NCBI GenBank assembly: GCA_963754925.1
Contig: CAVWHX010000004.1
Span: forward strand, 1,408,001 to 1,472,000
From: an uncultured delta proteobacterium
GTDB lineage: Bacteria > Myxococcota > B64-G9
DNA: 64,000 nucleotides
Reading direction: 5' to 3'
Position 1 is the first letter of the stretch; the number at the start of each line of letters is the position of its first letter. The translations under genes and the position numbers were made by a program. Below the pieces are notes generated by a model. That model had not been told where the DNA came from. It did no database searches and was given only the letters and a program-made list of their open reading frames with translations. Below are positions 1 through 8,166 of this stretch, piece by piece.

Positions 1-1037
1 TCGCCGCCCTGGAGACGACGTTCAGCCAAGTGGTGGGAGCCTATTCAATAGTGGCGGCGTTAGTTCTTGATGGTGTCGAAACCGTGCTGGCGATCCGGGG
101 CCCCTTTGGTATACGGCCGGCCGTGTGGGGTCGGCGCGGCAGGTGTTTCGTGGTGGCATCGGAGTCAGTGGCGCTCGATGCACTCGAGGTCAAACTAGAA
201 CGAGATGTGGCGCCCGGCGAAGTGCTGGTCCTCCGGGCCGACCGCGAGCCCGAAAGCTATCGGTTGCCCACCGAGCAGTCCGCCCCCTGTATCTTCGAGT
301 ATATTTATTTTGCCCGGCCGGACTCGACCATGAACCAGCAAAGCGTCTACGAGATTCGCCTGGCGCTGGGGCGCGAGCTGGCAGCAGCGTTCCGCGCTAA
401 ACAGCTCACGGCGGATGTCGTCATTCCGATTCCGGACACCGCTCGCCCCGCAGCCGGGACCGTGGCGGAGGAGCTGCACTTGCCCTGCCGTGAGGGGTTC
501 ATAAAGAACCGCTACACCGGCCGAACATTTATCATGGCGAATCCTGATGCGCGACGCAATGCGCTCAGGCTCAAACTCAACCCGATTCGATCAGAGTTCG
601 CCGGCAAGAGCGTGTTGGTGGTGGACGATAGCATCGTGCGCGGCACGACCCTGCAGCGCACCATTCAGCTCATTCGTGAGCAAGGACCCAAAGCGATCCA
701 TCTTGCCATCTATTCCCCGCCGGTGTTGAACCCGTGTTACTACGGCATCGATATGTCCACCCGCGAAGAACTGCTGGCAACGAGGTTTCTGCCGGCCGAC
801 AACCAGGGTCCGCTTGAGGGCGAAGCACTTCACGAACTCGAGAACAAGCTCGCGGCCAGACTCGGTCTCGACTCACTGACCTATTTGCCGCTTAAGGGGT
901 TGTGGAAGGCCCACCCGCAAACCCGCTGTGCGGCCTGTTTTGACGGCAACTACCCGCTTCGGTTGTCCGACGGGCAGCGGCAGTGGATCGAGGCGGATCG
1001 CCGGGGGCAGTGCCACCAACGCGAGTTGGTGTTCTAG
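1..1037 (+). CDS. purF: Amidophosphoribosyltransferase, 5' part outside window
   Basis: Motifs CIFEYIYFARPDS, FIKNRYTGRTFI, VVDDSIVRGTT (PRPP loop), PCYYGIDM, CAACFDG. Confidence 0.95.
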   Translation, partial: AALETTFSQVVGAYSIVAALVLDGVETVLAIRGPFGIRPAVWGRRGRCFVVASESVALDALEVKLERDVAPGEVLVLRADREPESYRLPTEQSAPCIFEYIYFARPDSTMNQQSVYEIRLALGRELAAAFRAKQLTADVVIPIPDTARPAAGTVAEELHLPCREGFIKNRYTGRTFIMANPDARRNALRLKLNPIRSEFAGKSVLVVDDSIVRGTTLQRTIQLIREQGPKAIHLAIYSPPVLNPCYYGIDMSTREELLATRFLPADNQGPLEGEALHELENKLAARLGLDSLTYLPLKGLWKAHPQTRCAACFDGNYPLRLSDGQRQWIEADRRGQCHQRELVF

Positions 1038-1140
1038 TCGGAGTGCTACACGGTAGATTCCCACACTCGTGGGGGTGACCAATGAAGAAAGGATCACGGC
1101 ATCGAAGAGGGCTAAAAATATTTTTCCGGGAGGAATTGTC

Positions 1141-1512
1141 ATGAATAAAGACGATATCGTGGACGGCATTCTGCGCGCGAGCGGCATCAACAAGGCGAAC
1201 GTCAATCGTTTCTACGAAGGCCTGGTTGAGCTGGCAAAGAAAAAGCTGGCTTCTGATGGCGAGTTTGTTTTTCCAGGTCTGGGCGTGTTGCGGGTACGAA
1301 CCCGTAAAGCCCGTGCTGGGCGCAATCCAAAAACTGGCGAGGCGATAAGTATTCCGCGCAAGCGGGTGGTGCGTTTTGGAGCCTACAAGGAACTAAAAAA
1401 TATTCTGAACCCCGACAACCCGGAGACCGATGAAGCTTCTTCTCGGCCGCAAGCAGACACCCTCACCACGTCGCCCGAGACCATGAAGGAGCCCAAGGGC
1501 TCCAGCAAGTAA
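1141..1512 (+). CDS. HU/IHF-family DNA-binding protein with low-complexity C-terminal tail
   Basis: MNKDDIV...FPGLGVL...RAGRNPKTGEAISIP; GGAGG RBS before ATG 1141. Confidence 0.92.
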   Translation: MNKDDIVDGILRASGINKANVNRFYEGLVELAKKKLASDGEFVFPGLGVLRVRTRKARAGRNPKTGEAISIPRKRVVRFGAYKELKNILNPDNPETDEASSRPQADTLTTSPETMKEPKGSSK

Positions 1513-1570
1513 GTTTGATCGGCTGCGTCATGGCATGCATTCCAAGCTAAAGGATACTGAGTGATCGCCG

Positions 1571-2008
1571 ATGGCTGAGCAGAAGCTACCGCACTATAAA
1601 TCGAAGCAGCAGATCCTTTTCGCCAAGGACGCCAAGCCCGAGACGCTTTCTGATTACGGTCGTCGGTATCTCGCGGCGGGCTGGCTGTCCGATGCGCTGG
1701 AATTCTTTGCCCGCGCTGGCGACAAGCGGGGCTTGGATGAGATTCGCGCGCGGAGCATCCAGGAAGGCGATGTATTTATCTTTCGCCGGGTGCTCGATGC
1801 TCAGGCAGAGACCGCCCGGGATGCCGAATGGAAGCAGTTGGCAGAAAACGCCCGCCAGGTAGGTAAACTGCAATTCGCCCGCGAGGGGTTCCGCATGGCT
1901 CAAGATCGCAAATCTCTCGACGAGATCGAACAATTGATCAATCCGCTCGCCGAAACCGCGGCAGCGCCGACGAGCCCGCCAGAGGGAAGCGATCGGGAGA
2001 ACGTATAA
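1571..2008 (+). CDS. Hypothetical alpha-helical protein
   Basis: 145-aa ORF with ATG start, co-oriented with purF/HU; no motif recognised. Confidence 0.7.
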   Translation: MAEQKLPHYKSKQQILFAKDAKPETLSDYGRRYLAAGWLSDALEFFARAGDKRGLDEIRARSIQEGDVFIFRRVLDAQAETARDAEWKQLAENARQVGKLQFAREGFRMAQDRKSLDEIEQLINPLAETAAAPTSPPEGSDRENV

Positions 2009-2051
2009 AAGCGCGCAGCCAAGGTCGAAGCTTGCCAGCATTCTTTATTGG

Positions 2052-2077
2052 GTCATTCCCGCCTGCGCGGGAATGAC
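2052..2077. repeat. REP-like palindrome (GTCATTCCCGC...GCGGGAATGAC family)
   Basis: GTCATTCCCGC-CTGC-GCGGGAATGAC; relatives at 5556, 14817 and 14976. Confidence 0.8.
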
Positions 2078-2103
2078 GTGCAAGACATACTAGTGCGGGG
2101 GCT

Positions 2104-2160
2104 ATCCCCCTTCGGGGGTAAGAGACTGTAACGCTCACTTCGTTCGCTAACAGTCTCTAA
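2104..2160 (-). repeat. Solo copy of the ~55-bp nesting hairpin element, overlapping the recR stop codon
   Basis: Minus strand TTAGAGACTGTTAGCGAACGAAGTGAGCGTTACAGTCTCTTACCCCCGAAGGGGG. Confidence 0.85.
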
Positions 2161-2744
2161 ATATCCCGACGGCCCGCAAGCGCGCGACCTAAAGTTCCTT
2201 GATCAACATACTCGAGTTCGCCGCCGACCGGAATGCCCGAGGCGATGCGGCTTACCCGCAACCCAAACGGAGCAAGACGTTTTTTCAAGTACAGAGCCGT
2301 GGCCTCGCCTTCGACGCTGGAACTGGTGGCGAGAATGATCTCCCTGACCGTGCCCGGTAACCGCTTCAGCAAATCGTCAATACGCAGCTGTTCAGGTCCG
2401 GTGCCCTCGAGAGGGTTGAGCGCTCCGTGCAAGACATGGTAAAGGCCGCGATACTCGTGGGTGTTCTCGATTGCCAGCAGATCAGGGATGCGCTCGACGA
2501 CACAGATGACCGTTCCATCCCGGCGCGGATCGCGACAGATAGCGCAGGGGGATTCCTCACTGAGATTGCCGCACACCGCGCAGGGCTTGACGCGCTCGGT
2601 CAGCTCTTTGACCGCTTCGGAGAGCGCCAGTCCGTAATCGGATGGAAGAGCGAGAATGTGCAGGACCAACCGTGTTGCGGTCTTCTCTCCCACGCCGGGT
2701 AATTGGCGCAGGAGATCGATAAGACGGCGCATGGTAGCAACCAT
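2157..2744 (-). CDS. recR: Recombination protein RecR
   Basis: LPGVGEKTATRL HhH motif, C4 zinc finger, YHVLHG, GIPVGGELEYVD; ybaB-recR synteny. Confidence 0.97.
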   Translation of the reverse strand: MVATMRRLIDLLRQLPGVGEKTATRLVLHILALPSDYGLALSEAVKELTERVKPCAVCGNLSEESPCAICRDPRRDGTVICVVERIPDLLAIENTHEYRGLYHVLHGALNPLEGTGPEQLRIDDLLKRLPGTVREIILATSSSVEGEATALYLKKRLAPFGLRVSRIASGIPVGGELEYVDQGTLGRALAGRRDI

Positions 2745-2754
2745 GAGTTCTTCC

Positions 2755-3087
2755 TTATATTAAAAAATTTTCCAGGCCAGGGGGGATCGGCAAACTGCCC
2801 GTCAAGGTGCGTATGGCCTCAGTGCTCAGGTGGCGGGCGTCGTCGAGGGCCTGATTGACGGCGGCAACCAGCAGATCTTGCAGCATTTCAATATCCTTCG
2901 CATCAACCACGCTTGGCTCAAGCTCGACCGTAATGATCCGGCCCGACCCACTGGCTATCACTTTGACCATGCCGCCGCCCACGCTCGTCTCGAGCGTACG
3001 CCGGGACAAGTCGTCCTTGATCTTTTGTAAACGGTTCTGAAAATCCTGGGCCTGGCGGATGACTTCTTCGAATCCCGGAAGGCTCAT
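2755..3087 (-). CDS. ybaB: YbaB/EbfC nucleoid-associated protein
   Basis: GGGMVKV...DIEMLQDLLVAAVNQAL; between dnaX and recR. Confidence 0.95.
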   Translation of the reverse strand: MSLPGFEEVIRQAQDFQNRLQKIKDDLSRRTLETSVGGGMVKVIASGSGRIITVELEPSVVDAKDIEMLQDLLVAAVNQALDDARHLSTEAIRTLTGSLPIPPGLENFLI

Positions 3088-4898
3088 GAATCCCTCCTTC
3101 CCCCGGGCAGCACTTGATCTACCTCTGCGCCAAAGATGCGCACAACCTCCTGCACCAATGGATGGGTAAGCGCCTCCTGCTGAATCGCTGCAGCTCGCTT
3201 TGACTCGTTGAGTTCTCTCTCAGCTGCCAACGAAGGTTCTGCCTCATCCTGGGCTTCCTCCACCACCAGCGCAACGTCCGCATGGAAGAATTCGCCGCAA
3301 AACTTTTGCAGGGCGCTGAAATTGTGGGCATCCTTGAGCTGATCGGCGAAAAATGATTTTTGCTCAAGGGCGATGCGGACGCACTGGGCGGAGACTTCGC
3401 GGGCATGGGCATGTTGGAGAATCGATCCCAGGGCCGGCCGCCGCTGGGAGACAAACTGTACCAACGCTTTCCAGGCATCAGGTGGGTTATTCTCCTCAAA
3501 GGCGGCTGCGTCCACGGTCGCCTCGGGTGAATCTTGTGTTTGGGTAACCAGAGACGACGGATTGGCTACCGATGGCGCCGGGGCCGCTGTATCACGACGA
3601 GGGGTGGATGCACGAGCGGGTGGTGCCGCGGCAGGTGCGCGGTTAGTCTGGCCGCGACCGGTCTGCTGGCGACCAATCGTGTCGGTCTGAGCGTTTCGGG
3701 AGACCGCTTGACGAACCGCCGCCGGGCTCTCGACGGCGGTCGATCCGGTCCCAACGCGCGCGGAGAGATTTTCAATACGAGCGAGCAACTCGTCCACGCC
3801 GACCATGGGTTCGATCGCCAGGAGGCGCAGTAACGCCGTCTCGAGCGCTAAACGCGGATAGGGGTGACGACCGAGATCCTCGCTGGCCCTCGAGAGTACG
3901 TCGAAGATTTGGTGCCAGCGCAGTAGGTCGGCCGCAGTGGCTTGCTGTACCAACTGGTCGTACTCTTCCGGCAACAGTTCAGGGAGCAGTGCTCGACCGT
4001 TTCTGAGGCTGCGTATCAGAATAATGTGGTGGACGTGCCACAACAAACCTTCCAGGAAATGCTTGATGTCATGGCCTTCATCGAAGAGCTGTTCGATAAG
4101 ATGCATCAGGTCGTCCGGTCGGCGATCCAGCACTGCTTGGATAACCTGGCCAAACAGTGCGCCGAGCGGCAATCCGAGGGCTTGACGCACCTCGGCGGTC
4201 GTTATGCGTTGGCCGCCGAAGGCAAGCACCTGATCGGTTAAACTCAGAGCGTCGCGGATACTGCCGCTGGCCTCGCGGGCGATTAAGAGCAATCCTTCAT
4301 CATCGATGCTGACGCCTTCCTGCTGAAGCACGCGCTGGAGATGTTGAAAAATGACCTGCGACGGGATGCGCTTGAAGTCGAATCGTTGGCAGCGTGAAAG
4401 CACCGTGATCGGGATTTTGTGCGGCTCGGTGGTGGCGAAGATGAACTTGACGTGGGCTGGTGGTTCCTCCAACGTCTTGAGTAGTGCGTTGAAGGCGCTG
4501 GTCGAAAGCATGTGGACTTCATCGATAATATAGATCTTATAGCGGCTCCGCGCCGGCAGGTACTGGCTGTTTTCCCGCAGGGTACGAACGTCATCAACGC
4601 CGGTATTGGAGGCGCCGTCGATTTCGAGCACATCCGGCGATGATCCGTGTACGATCTCGATGCAGATGCTGCAGTCGTTGTCCGGGGTAGGGGTCGGGCC
4701 TTTCAAACAGTTGAGCGCTTTGGCGAGGATACGCGCCACCGTGGTTTTTCCTACCCCACGGGGGCCGCAGAATAGATAGGCGTGATGCACGCGATTGAGG
4801 CTGATGGCGTTCTGCAACGTGCGCACGACGCCTTCCTGGCCAATTACCTCCTCGAAGGTGTTTGGCCGCCATTTTCGCGCTAATACCAAGTATGACAT
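3084..4898 (-). CDS. dnaX: DNA polymerase III subunit gamma/tau
   Basis: MSYLVLARKWRP start, GPRGVGKT Walker A, IIDEVHML, SRCQ. Confidence 0.97.
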   Translation of the reverse strand: MSYLVLARKWRPNTFEEVIGQEGVVRTLQNAISLNRVHHAYLFCGPRGVGKTTVARILAKALNCLKGPTPTPDNDCSICIEIVHGSSPDVLEIDGASNTGVDDVRTLRENSQYLPARSRYKIYIIDEVHMLSTSAFNALLKTLEEPPAHVKFIFATTEPHKIPITVLSRCQRFDFKRIPSQVIFQHLQRVLQQEGVSIDDEGLLLIAREASGSIRDALSLTDQVLAFGGQRITTAEVRQALGLPLGALFGQVIQAVLDRRPDDLMHLIEQLFDEGHDIKHFLEGLLWHVHHIILIRSLRNGRALLPELLPEEYDQLVQQATAADLLRWHQIFDVLSRASEDLGRHPYPRLALETALLRLLAIEPMVGVDELLARIENLSARVGTGSTAVESPAAVRQAVSRNAQTDTIGRQQTGRGQTNRAPAAAPPARASTPRRDTAAPAPSVANPSSLVTQTQDSPEATVDAAAFEENNPPDAWKALVQFVSQRRPALGSILQHAHAREVSAQCVRIALEQKSFFADQLKDAHNFSALQKFCGEFFHADVALVVEEAQDEAEPSLAAERELNESKRAAAIQQEALTHPLVQEVVRIFGAEVDQVLPGGRRDS

Positions 4899-4999
4899 TA
4901 AGACCTCGTGAACAGAGCGCCATAACTTCGCATACCTTCGTTGCTTCCTCGCCCTGAAAGGACAAGAGATTATAAGCCTCGCTTTGCTCGGCAACAATC

Positions 5000-5070
5000 T
5001 CTATGCCTCGTCATTGCGGCGTACCGTGAGTACGCCTCATTCCTCGGCTTCGAAAACGCCTTGGTCTGCT
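5000..5070. repeat. Partial copy of the ~120-bp intergenic element family
   Basis: TGCGGCGTACCGTGAGTACGCCTCATTCCTCGG matches the core of the 18852-18974 element. Confidence 0.6.
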
Positions 5071-5173
5071 TTGTTCTGCCGCTCTGTTTGTCATTCCCGA
5101 GACCGTACGACCCGAAAACCATCTCAGTTTCCAAAATGAAAGCTGTTCCGATAACCACAAGTAAAGTAACAAA

Positions 5174-5277
5174 GGACGGCCAGGCAACCCTGCATCACAC
5201 GGACAATGATGCTACCGCTGCTCCCTTCCGGGCCTGACGGGGTTTGCAACCTGCCGTTGCGCAGGACCCGGCCGTCC
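5174..5277 (-). ncRNA. ffs: Small bacterial SRP RNA (4.5S)
   Basis: Minus strand TCAGGCCCGGAAGGGAGCAGC domain IV motif; closing stem GGACGGCC/GGCCGTCC; upstream of dnaX. Confidence 0.93.
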
Positions 5278-5286
5278 AACCGACTA

Positions 5287-5371
5287 CGGAGAGAGAGGGA
5301 TTCGAACCCTCGGTGCAGTTAAGCACATACGATTTCCAATCGTACCCCTTCGGCCTCTCGGGCATCTCTCC
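5287..5371 (-). tRNA. tRNA-Ser(GGA)
   Basis: GGAGAGA acceptor stem, anticodon arm TACGA-TTGGAAA-TCGTA, long variable arm, GGTTCGAATCC. Confidence 0.95.
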
Positions 5372-5396
5372 CGACACTGCAGTAGCAAACCACAAA

Positions 5397-5483
5397 CGGA
5401 GAGAGAGGGATTCGAACCCCCGGTACCACTAAGGGTACACCTGCTTTCGAGGCAGGCGCCTTCGACCTCTCGGCCATCTCTCC
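5397..5483 (-). tRNA. tRNA-Ser(CGA)
   Basis: Anticodon arm CCTGC-CTCGAAA-GCAGG, long variable arm, T-loop. Confidence 0.95.
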
Positions 5484-5555
5484 AGGGAACGTGCCAATGG
5501 ACGTCAGTGGGTTCCGAATTATCAAAGAACGTCTTGAGCGCGCTAAATTCTTAGA

Positions 5556-5637
5556 GTCATTCCCGCGGAGGCGGGAATCCATTTTTTAAGAATTCTGGAC
5601 CCCAGCGAAGCCGCACGCCGCTTTCGCGGGGGTGACG
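5556..5637. repeat. Inverted REP pair; second REP carries a short insert
   Basis: GTCATTCCCGCGGAGGCGGGAATCCA ... CTGGACCCC[AGCGAAGCCGCACGC]CGCTTTCGCGGGGGTGAC. Confidence 0.75.
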
Positions 5638-5643
5638 CGTATT

Positions 5644-6111
5644 TTACGTTTTGCAATTCTCCCTGCGCTCTTTGAAAAAACTTTGTAAAAGTGCCGCTGC
5701 TTCGTCGCCAAGCACCCCGCCTTCAACCAGCATACGATGGTTGAAGCGGGAATCGTCCGCCAGCCGATAGAGCGACACCGCTGCGCCAGACTTTGGATCT
5801 GCGCAGCCGAACACCAGCCGCTCTACCCGGGCCGACACCATCGCGCCAATACACATCGGACAAGGCTCCAAGGTAACGTACACCGTACAGTTTTCAAGGC
5901 GCCAGCGGTTGAGGTTGTGCGCCGCTTTCCGCAGGGCGATCATCTCGGCGTGGGCTGTGGGGTCGCGTTGCCGCTCTTTGGCATTTCTTCCGGTCCCCAT
6001 CACCTGGCCCCGGTACACCACCACGGCGCCGACCGGCACTTCTTCTTCTTGTGCTGCCAGGCGAGCCTGCTCTAGGGCTTGAGCCATGAATTGCTGGTCG
6101 GTTGTGGTCAC
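5644..6111 (-). CDS. tadA: tRNA-specific adenosine deaminase
   Basis: [30 protein letters not shown]; start moved to GTG 6111 to avoid overlap with the tRNA. Confidence 0.95.
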   Translation of the reverse strand: MTTTDQQFMAQALEQARLAAQEEEVPVGAVVVYRGQVMGTGRNAKERQRDPTAHAEMIALRKAAHNLNRWRLENCTVYVTLEPCPMCIGAMVSARVERLVFGCADPKSGAAVSLYRLADDSRFNHRMLVEGGVLGDEAAALLQSFFKERRENCKT

Positions 6112-6123
6112 CTGCGTATCCAA

Positions 6124-6197
6124 CGTGCCCAAGAGGGTTCGAACCTCTGGCCTTCGGATTCGTAGTCCGACGCTCTATCCAGCTGAGCTATGGGCAC
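6124..6197 (-). tRNA. tRNA-Arg(ACG)
   Basis: GTGCCCATAGCTCAGCTGGATAGAGC; anticodon arm TCGGA-CTACGAA-TCCGA. Confidence 0.96.
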
Positions 6198-6202
6198 CCA
6201 TT

Positions 6203-6289
6203 CGGAGAGAGGGGGATTCGAACCCCCGTAACGCTTTCACGTTAACTGGTTTAGCAAACCAGCGCCTTCAGCCTCTCGGCCATCTCTCC
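6203..6289 (-). tRNA. tRNA-Ser(GCT)
   Basis: Anticodon arm CTGGT-TTGCTAA-ACCAG, long variable arm, T-loop. Confidence 0.95.
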
Positions 6290-6432
6290 CCAGTTTTTCC
6301 TTTCAGGACAATGTAACAACGCATAAATAAAGGGGTATCTATCTCAAGTTGTCAAGGAACTAACTCCAACCGGCTTCCTTGTAACTCGTCGGAGTGTTTT
6401 TCTCTAACACCCACGTAGGTACAAGTCAAGGC

Positions 6433-6490
6433 TTGAGAGTGTTGCCGAGCGAAGCGAGTTTACCGTCTCTTATCCTCCGGACAATCTCTT
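6433..6490 (+). repeat. Degenerate nesting hairpin element followed by the right arm of a host copy
   Basis: GAGAGTGTTGCCGAGCGAAGCGAGTTTACCGTCTCTTATCCTCCGGA|CAATCTCTT. Confidence 0.65.
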
Positions 6491-6630
6491 GTTATTTATA
6501 GATGGCTCGTCACGGACGGCTGAGGGACCCGAGGATGTCTGAGCTGCCTTGCAAGCTTCGCAAGAGCCCCGGTTGAAAGGCGGCGAGTTCCGAGGGGCCC
6601 GAACGCCGCCGTGACAGACATAAGAAAGAT

Positions 6631-7392
6631 TTACCGCCGCAGAATGCTCCAGACGACGTGGTTGGCGGCAATCATGCCGAAAATGGCAGGCAGGTGGATC
6701 ATGCTGGGTAACGGTTGACGCAAACGGCCCCGTCGAAATACCTCTTCCTCCGGCGGTGGGCTGCCCTGGCGTTGTTTTTCTCGGCGCGCGGCTGGAGGAA
6801 CCTCGTCCGACCAAATGGCGGTCACCTTGCCCGCGATCTCGGTTTTATTGAGACGCTTGCGCAGGTTGCGGGCGAGGGGACAGCCGCGCGCTTCGAACAG
6901 ATCGGTACGATGCACGCGGGTAGGATCGGTGCGGCTGGCCGCTCCCATAGCGCTGACCACGGGGAGGCCGCGCCGAACGGCCTCCTCGATCAACGCTACC
7001 TTTGGGGTGAGGCTGTCGATAGCATCAACCACAAAATCGAGCTTACCTGCAAGCAGTCGTTCAGCCTCCTCGCGGCAAAAGAAAACCTTAAGACCCTCGA
7101 CCTGCACAGAGGGATTTATCTGGAGGACTCGTTCGGTGGCTACTGCGACCTTTGACCGGCCAAGAGTCGTGGCGAGTGCGAACAGCTGCCGATTAAGGTT
7201 ACTTGGTTTAATCTTGTCGAAATCAACCAACCGCAGCCATCCGATGCCCGAGCGCGCAAGACCCTCCACGGCAAACGAGCCGACCGCCCCGAGGCCGAAT
7301 ACGGTCACGCGGGCACGCGTCAGACGCGCCAGTCCTGTTTCGCCGATAAGAAGCGCCAACCGCTGAAAGGTTGATTGGTAAAAGTCGTTCAT
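6631..7392 (-). CDS. tcdA: ThiF-family tRNA threonylcarbamoyladenosine dehydratase
   Basis: VFGLGAVGS, VDFD..SNLNRQ, VVDAID, SAMGAA, CPLARNLRKRL. Confidence 0.88.
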   Translation of the reverse strand: MNDFYQSTFQRLALLIGETGLARLTRARVTVFGLGAVGSFAVEGLARSGIGWLRLVDFDKIKPSNLNRQLFALATTLGRSKVAVATERVLQINPSVQVEGLKVFFCREEAERLLAGKLDFVVDAIDSLTPKVALIEEAVRRGLPVVSAMGAASRTDPTRVHRTDLFEARGCPLARNLRKRLNKTEIAGKVTAIWSDEVPPAARREKQRQGSPPPEEEVFRRGRLRQPLPSMIHLPAIFGMIAANHVVWSILRR

Positions 7393-8162
7393 GCTCGGGA
7401 ACTGTTGAAGAGTGAGCGAGCATTAATGGTGGTCTGCTCCGCTATATCCTCGAAGGAAACACCTTTGAGCTGGGCCACCGCTCGGCACACCTCGATCAGA
7501 TCGGCCGGCTCAACCTGGCCCTTGGGGCTATCGGCCGTACCGATGAAGGGTGCGTCGGTTTCAAGCACCAACCTATCGAGTGGCAACTGGGTCACCAGGT
7601 GGCGTACGCGCGTGGCTTTCGTCCGCGTTACGACACCGGCTACCCCAATGAAATATCCTGCCGCAATGAGCTGCCGCGCCACCTCGAGCGAACCAGCATA
7701 CGCATGAAGGACTCCGCTCGTCGGGTGCGGTTCGGTCTCGTTTAATATCTCAAGCAACCTTCCGAATGCTCCGCGGCAGTGGATTAAAACGGGCAGATTG
7801 TGCTCGGCGGCAAGCCCCAGTTGCAGGCGAAAGGCCAGCTCTTGCGGGTCGCGCGGCTGGTCGGCAGTGGAATCCAGACCGATTTCCCCGATTGCACACA
7901 CTGCACCTTCGTTAATAAGGGCACTCAAGCTTGCCACGTCAATGCCGGCCGCATCCACCGCATCGGGGTGATACCCAGCGGCCGCGTATACTCCTGGTTT
8001 GGTGCGGGCAAGCTCCACGGCAAAACGTGAACTCTCCCGATCGACGCCCGGCACCAATAACTCGCAGACAGAGGCGGCGTGCGCTCGGGTGAGAACATCA
8101 GTTAAGTCGTTAACCAGCGGTTGATTATAGAGATGGCAGTGAGTGTCGAATAGCGTTTGCAT
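7389..8162 (-). CDS. TatD-family nuclease
   Basis: DTHCHL, AIGEIGLD, IHCR, LETDAP. Confidence 0.93.
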   Translation of the reverse strand: MQTLFDTHCHLYNQPLVNDLTDVLTRAHAASVCELLVPGVDRESSRFAVELARTKPGVYAAAGYHPDAVDAAGIDVASLSALINEGAVCAIGEIGLDSTADQPRDPQELAFRLQLGLAAEHNLPVLIHCRGAFGRLLEILNETEPHPTSGVLHAYAGSLEVARQLIAAGYFIGVAGVVTRTKATRVRHLVTQLPLDRLVLETDAPFIGTADSPKGQVEPADLIEVCRAVAQLKGVSFEDIAEQTTINARSLFNSSRA

Positions 8163-8166
8163 CTAT

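Noticed and set aside
3084..4898. Programmed gamma/tau frameshift in dnaX
   Set aside because: I did not see an A-AAA-AAG slippery site or a long A-run in the coding strand.
5287..6289. tRNA-anchored prophage or genomic island
   Set aside because: No integrase and no duplicated tRNA 3' end seen; flanking genes are housekeeping.
6515..6535. GGCTGAGGGA resembling the SAM-I riboswitch P2 region
   Set aside because: The other SAM-I elements (ATC-AGAG, GCAACC, GTGC-AA-TCC) are absent, and no methionine gene lies downstream.
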